Shown here: positions 60,470-64,000 of the stretch, piece by piece
Position numbering within the stretch: position 1 is the first letter of the stretch
How the letters are laid out: the number at the start of each line of letters is the position of its first letter
Source of the DNA: Centroscyllium fabricii
Lineage: Eukaryota
Direction: 5' to 3'
DNA: 64,000 nucleotides
Assembly: GCA_051313645.2 (NCBI GenBank)
Contig: JBNRSN020000011.1
Span: 120,838,001-120,902,000 of the forward strand
Made by a program: the position numbers and the translations under genes
Notes under the pieces: model-generated
The model's database searches: none
The model's input: only the letters and a program-made list of their open reading frames with translations
What the model was told of the DNA's origin: nothing

Positions 60470-61185
60470 AATCGGAAATACAATTTCAAAATTTACGGAC
60501 GACACCAAATTTGGGGGTGGGGGGGGTCGGTATAGTTCATATAGAGGAGGACTGCGACAAAGTACAGGAAGACATTAATAAACTTGTAGATTGCGCGTGT
60601 AATTGTGCGTTTTTTCCTACTTAAAAGTCAGTGAGTCAGCTAGACGGGAGCTGCAGAGTGCTGCACAGCTTAAAGGGAACATCGCTGTGAATAGTTCTGG
60701 TCTCTATATTATAAGAAGGACAGAGGCACTGGAGAAGGTGCAAAAATGATTTACTGGAATAATACCAGAACTTGAGAGGTTAGGCCCATCAGGAAAGACT
60801 GAACGGGCTCTTTTCTCTAGAAAAGAGAAGACTGAGTGATGATCTGATAAAGGTCCTTAAGATGATGAAAGGGCTGGATAAGGTAGCTGCAGAGAATATA
60901 TTTCCAATATGGGGGGAGATCAGAACTAGGGGCCATAAATATAACAGTCACGAATGAACCCAATGAGGAATTCAGTAGAAATGTCTTTACCCAGCGAGTG
61001 GTTAGGAGTAGTTGAGGCGACTAGCATAGAGGTATTTAAGGGGAAGCTCGATAAACAGATGAGGGAGAAACGAATAGGATATGCTGATGGAATTAGAAGA
61101 AAGGTAGGTGGAGGCTCATATGGAGCATAAACAGCGGCATGGATCTGTTGGGCCGAATGGCATGTTTCTGTGCTGTAAATACTAT
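60470..61185 (+). mobile_element. old CR1 fragments
   Basis: tcaaaatttacggacgacaccaaa (FADD-like), ctggagaaggtgcaaaa and the tail ggatctgttgggccgaatggc. Confidence 0.65.
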
Positions 61186-61653
61186 GCAACGCTAAGCAAC
61201 TCCCAAGGTAAAGATCCTATCTCCCACTCTTTCTTCCCCTCACTTCAACAATTATCCTATCTTCCATCTGAGGAGCAGAGATATTTCAACTGAGGCAGAT
61301 CCAAAAGCAGCCACCATGGTGGATCAGAAAAGATCGACTTTGTTGTCTTTCTCTCCACTGCAGCTGGCTAGGTGCCACAGACAAAAACAGGATTTAGCAC
61401 CCTTCCAGTGCTCGAAGGGCCAAATGGCCTACTCGTGCTCCTATTTCTTACAAAAAGAGTTGGAACGTGCCAAAAATATAGGTTTTGAAGAGGCTTTTGA
61501 GGGTGGTGAGAGGTGTAGCAAAACTAATGTTCAAGAGGAGATTTGTATTCAGAGTTGCATTGCCTGGAGACTCTGCTACTGATACCATCATTTTCTTAAC
61601 AGTACCAAAAAAATCTGAATAACCGCAAGATTGAGATAGCTGGTTCTTTCCGG

Positions 61654-62587
61654 AGTTTTAGCAAAAAAAAACATGACAAAGCCTCAATCACTCGAGAAGT
61701 AAAATCTTGAGTACTTTCTGTTCAAGATATTCTTCCAGCTCTCAAAAAAACACCACTTCTGAATGGTACTAAGCAACCTCAATTTTACTGTAATTGTGGA
61801 GGCCAACGCTTTATATCTCTACTTTGTTTCTTAGCTGCCCGAGTGACATACAGTGAAGATGCTGCTTGCATATTGCAGAGTTCACACTTCAGATCAGCCT
61901 GGGAGCCACTAAGTAAACCCTATAAACAACAGTAAAGAAAGAACTTATAGGCATTTCATGACATCGCAAAATGATTCACAGTCTACAAATCCTCTTTAAA
62001 TTGTAGTCAGTTATTTTGCAGGAAAATGCAGCAGAAAATTTGAGCACAGCAAACTACCATAAACAGCAAGAAGATAAATAAACAATTAATCTGTCTTTTT
62101 TTAAGTATTGGTAGAGGGATAAATGTTGGCCAGGAGAGCTCCCCTTCAACTAGTGCCATGGGATCTATACATCTATCTAAACAAGTGGGTGGGCCTTAAT
62201 TTACAGTCTTATCCAAAACATGGCACGTCTGACAATGCAGCACTCCGTCAGTACTGCACTGAAATATGTCTAAATTGGTGCGCTTAAGTCACTGAAGTGG
62301 GAGTTGTACCCACAACCTTCTGACTCAGAGGCGAGCAATCTACCACTAGTTTAAGCTGATACTCAAAAATACCAGGATAGTACGAGTGCGAGCTCAGCTA
62401 TCTGGAATCCGGTTCCCTTGACTGATTCAAAATGCGAGCCCCCAGTACTAATAGTTTTAGGGAAAAAAAACGACAAAGCCTCAACTCACGAGAGAAGTCA
62501 AATCTGAGTACTTTCTGTTCAATATATTCTTCCATCTCAAAAAAATACACTACTTCTGTATGGTACAAAGTTACCTCAATTTTACTG
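61654..62587. repeat. two diverged ~135-bp direct copies (61654-61790 and 62453-62587)
   Basis: Both read gacaaagcctcaa...gagtactttctgttcaa...cctcaattttactg|ta. Confidence 0.8.
61935..62360 (-). mobile_element. older Deu-domain SINE
   Basis: Colinear with 41455-41912. Confidence 0.7.
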
Positions 62588-63004
62588 TACACCATCCACA
62601 ATAAAACTTGAAATATAATACTTAAGCTGTTGGTTTGGTCCAACTTGGAACACCAGGAATCTCCCAGAATGGAGCTCTCCCAAGTGCCCCTGCAAACTCC
62701 TCCACTCCATGATGCCATTTGCAGCTTGATGATGTCATTTCCCTGGCATCCCAAAGGACTGTCCCCTGCTTCAGGACCAGCTGATTGCCAAGAGTCTGGG
62801 AACAGGGAAAAGGGGTCGGTTGAAACAAGAGAGAGAGAGAATGTTGGAGCATAGAGACAGCGAGAATGGGCCGGGGTATTAGAGTGGGTAACGAGTCAGT
62901 GGACTGGGGTTTGGGGGGACAGAGGGATATTGGGATTCAGGGACAACAGAGGGAGATTAGGGGGCGGGCGAGATAGAGGGAGAGATTGAGGAATGGGAAT
63001 GGAA

Positions 63005-63290
63005 AACAGATCATCTGTTTTTTTCAACGTTGATCGAGGGATAAATATTGTTCAGGATACCAGAGAGAACTCCCCTGCTCTTCTTCGAATAGTGTCATGG
63101 GATCTTTTACATCCATCTGAGAGGGCAGACAAGACTTCAGTTATATGGAAAGACGGCACTTCCGACAGTGTAGCAAACACTCAGTACCGCACTGTCGTGT
63201 CAACCTAGATTCTGTGCTCAAATCTCTAGAGTGGGACTTGAACCCACTACCATCTGATTCAGAGGCAAGAGTGCTGCCGCTGAGCAAAGG
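63005..63290 (-). mobile_element. Deu-domain SINE 5' part
   Basis: aactcccctgctcttcttc...gtgggacttgaacccac. Confidence 0.75.
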
Positions 63291-63332
63291 TTACTTGGCC
63301 AAAATTATGTTAGATAGCAAAACTGAATTATA

Positions 63333-64000
63333 TGGGGGGAAAATTGGGTTGTGCCCCGGTTGAGGTGCTAACCTCAGAAATTTGGGCCCGATAAATTTAG
63401 CGCCGTTGCGCCTTTTGGGTTTCAGAGCCCCAAGTAGGAGGTGGGGTGCTACTGCAGGCGCCCCACCTCGTTCCTTGGGCGCAACAGCTGAAGTTCGGGC
63501 CACTGTCTGTCGCTGCGCCACGCTCTGCAGCACGCCGCACCGCAGGCCGCCCTCCCCTTCTTAAAGGGGAGTGTGGCCTAGCGCGGCCCGGGGCCCTGGA
63601 GCCCCGCCGGGGATCGGAGTGCCGCCAAAGGAGCCCGGCACTCGAGGGACGTGCCGGGCTCATGGAGCACAGCCAGCACTCCGTGGGGGGGGCATCGGGG
63701 AAGGCCGGGGATGGCAGAGCAGGCAGGTGCTGGCAGGTGGCCAGGAAGAAAAATGGCAGCCCGCCACCCCCCCCCTTTAAATAGCATTGGCCCGGCTGCA
63801 ACTGTGTCCCCCTGACCCTGTCGGTGCCAGCATCCGGCGCTAAGTCAGGGGGCGTGAGTGAAGTTTGAGGTGGGGCGCGAGCGAGGCACTGCGATGACGT
63901 CATCGCCGGCGGCACAGCGCCACAGGGCGCTACTGGCTGCCGCTAGCACCCCGCTGAATATAACGGGAGGCGTCCGCCCAGGTGCTAGGTACCTTACGCC
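63333..64000. mobile_element. GC/CpG-rich segment, probably the left part of a DNA transposon cut by the window end
   Basis: Abrupt GC rise from ggggggaaaattggg, with repeated tagcgcc/ggcgcta motifs. No right end is visible. Confidence 0.4.

Overview
This is repeat-dense vertebrate non-coding DNA, almost certainly from an elasmobranch (shark or ray): it carries HE1-type V-SINEs, CR1/HER1-type LINEs and Deu-domain SINEs. No host protein-coding gene is recognisable, and the long ORFs are retroelement remnants, minisatellite read-throughs or N-gap artefacts. Retroelements seen: CR1, L2, Rex1, RTE and RTE-X-like LINEs, Penelope-like (PLE) pieces, a 1.2-kb solo LTR and a 5S-rRNA-derived SINE. DNA transposons seen: many non-autonomous Tc1/mariner-type MITEs plus Harbinger and hAT elements, often nested. 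Three observations stand out. (1) Six minimal hammerhead-ribozyme motifs with covarying stems occur in two PLE-terminal-repeat families, including a ~290-bp palindromic insertion with two back-to-back ribozymes whose cores are intact. (2) Two full-length ~3.3-kb LINEs lack ORF1 and start with a tRNA-like Pol III SINE head, and a SINE-like derivative joins their 5' leader directly to their 3' tail. (3) TA-flanked MITEs have conserved ends but interchangeable tandem-array interiors built from NRF1-, YY1- and RFX-like motifs. Family names come from motif recognition by eye, not database searches. Boundaries of old elements are approximate.
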